A stretch of DNA of 64,000 nucleotides from the human T2T-CHM13v2.0 reference genome, Homo sapiens: the NCBI RefSeq assembly GCF_009914755.1, contig NC_060948.1; one strand, 5' to 3'. The notes below the pieces were generated by a model. That model was not told the origin of the DNA, ran no database searches, and was given only the letters and a program-made list of their open reading frames with translations. A program made the position numbers and the translations under genes. Positions 62,179 to 64,000 of this stretch are shown here, in pieces. The first letter of the stretch is position 1. Every line of letters begins with the position of its first letter.

Positions 62179-64000
62179 AGATCCATATTTTTTAAATGAA
62201 AAAAAATTTCAAAGGTACTCTGCTTGGTACAATAATCAAATGTATAAACTGAGGAATAAAACATAACCATGAAACCTACTTATAACTGCATATGGAAAAT
62301 ACAGAGGATAATTTTTTAAATAACATATTTTGAAAGCCTTAACTAGTAATTTGAAGAGTTGGCATTTGAAAGGCCAGTATGAATATACCTTCAAAGCAGC
62401 AACACAGGTTCCCCATGAGAAAAAGCAAACACAGGGAAAATAAAAACACAAAGGTTCAATCTCTTCTGACCTTTGAAAGACACAGCACAGACAGTGGTCC
62501 TTAGGACGAAGAGCAGGAGACCCCTAATTCCGTCACCATGGCGATAGGGCATAAACATTGCTGGGTGAGGGCACAATCCACATTTTGAGGTCCAACTGCT
62601 GCCAGGAAGACAGGAGTGCTTTTACATAGACCGAAAGGTCATTGAAGGCTCAGAGTTTTGTTTCAAGAACTGAATCCCAAGCCCACACGTTATTAGGCTG
62701 CGCTTCTTAAAACAAGTTATGAGATGGGAAAAAGGGCACCCACAAACATACGTATACATTATGTATATAATAATATACAGTATCATATATATAATATATA
62801 TAACCTATGTATAATATTGTTTTACATCCTGCATCTTATGTTATATATATTGTATAAAATATAATAATTGATAATATATAAGTTTTATAATTATACAATA
62901 TGACATATAGTATATATTATAATTTATGACATATATAATATATGTTATATGTCATATATAGAATATATTATACGGTTAACATACGTATTAAATATAAATT
63001 ATACATTATATATATTATATATAATATATCTGTTATATGTAATACCCATTATGCATAATATATATATTATGTCTATGTTATATATAGTATAAAACAACAT
63101 ATAATAATATATAATTGTATATATAAAATGCGATATATAATATATATTATATTTTATAACATATGTAATATATATTATATATTATATATAATACGTTGTA
63201 TGTATAATACCTATATTAAATATATATTATATGACTATGTTATTAATTACATGTCACATGTGTTATATATTATATATTTTACATAGAATATACTGGTTAC
63301 ATACAATATATACTATGTTACCTATAATGTATAATTGATTACATGTAAAATAAAGAATGCAATATATTATGTAAAATTTATAATATACCATATGTGGAAT
63401 GTCATATATATAACATATAATATATGATATATGATATACAGTATATGATATATAACATACAATATATGATTCCTAATATATATGGTATACAATATATATT
63501 TTATGATATGTATTCTATATGTTTTATATTCTGTTATATATAACTATTTGAAATTATATATAACTGTATAATATTTTATGTAAATATGTAATATAATATA
63601 TATAATATATAATATATTATATATAACTATATATTATGTTATATATACTTTTATAACATAATTTACATAAAATATCATAATATAATATATATTATATTAT
63701 TTCATATTACATAATATATATTACATATCACCCAATATAACTAACATACATAATATTATAATATAGATTATATTATGTTATATTAAATATCATATATATC
63801 ATGTATCATATATTCTATAATATATATTACACATTATATAATATGTATGTTGTCTATTATGTGATATATATAACTATATATATAATTATATTTTTATACA
63901 TATAACTAGATAAACATGTAATTCTACATATTTTCATTTATAATATGTAGAATTATATAATCATATATAATTATTTATATTCTATAAAAAATTTTATCAT

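Overview
The whole 64 kb window is one uninterrupted head-to-tail tandem array of a ~2.42 kb unit (26 complete copies plus a partial 27th; period 2414-2422 bp measured from the ORF track). Each unit has three parts: ~1.56 kb of extremely AT-rich degenerate (TA)-type sequence, a nearly full-length diverged Alu on the minus strand (~290 bp), and ~570 bp of more GC-balanced sequence. This architecture, the unit length and a predicted ~2.1 kb HaeIII fragment match the human satellite DYZ2/HSat1B, most likely from Yq12 heterochromatin (related copies exist on acrocentric short arms; I cannot exclude these from sequence alone). I see no credible protein-coding gene, RNA gene, CRISPR array or new biological system; all listed ORFs look like chance frames. 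What is worth a second look is the internal history of the array, read by eye from shared variants: a recent 9,673-bp four-unit tandem duplication whose junction maps to a ~21-bp interval in a chimeric unit, a local two-unit higher-order repeat, several unit subfamilies, signs of gene conversion, a 16-bp duplication fixed inside the Alu, and Alu diagnostic bases that look more AluSc-like than AluY. Unit numbering (phase set at base 1): u1 1, u2 2420, u3 4839, u4 7258, u5 9678, u6 12097, u7 14517, u8 16936, u9 19354, u10 21774, u11 24190, u12 26607, u13 29026, u14 31442, u15 33857, u16 36272, u17 38686, u18 41100, u19 43515, u20 45937, u21 48359, u22 50773, u23 53188, u24 55610, u25 58030, u26 60450, u27 62869.
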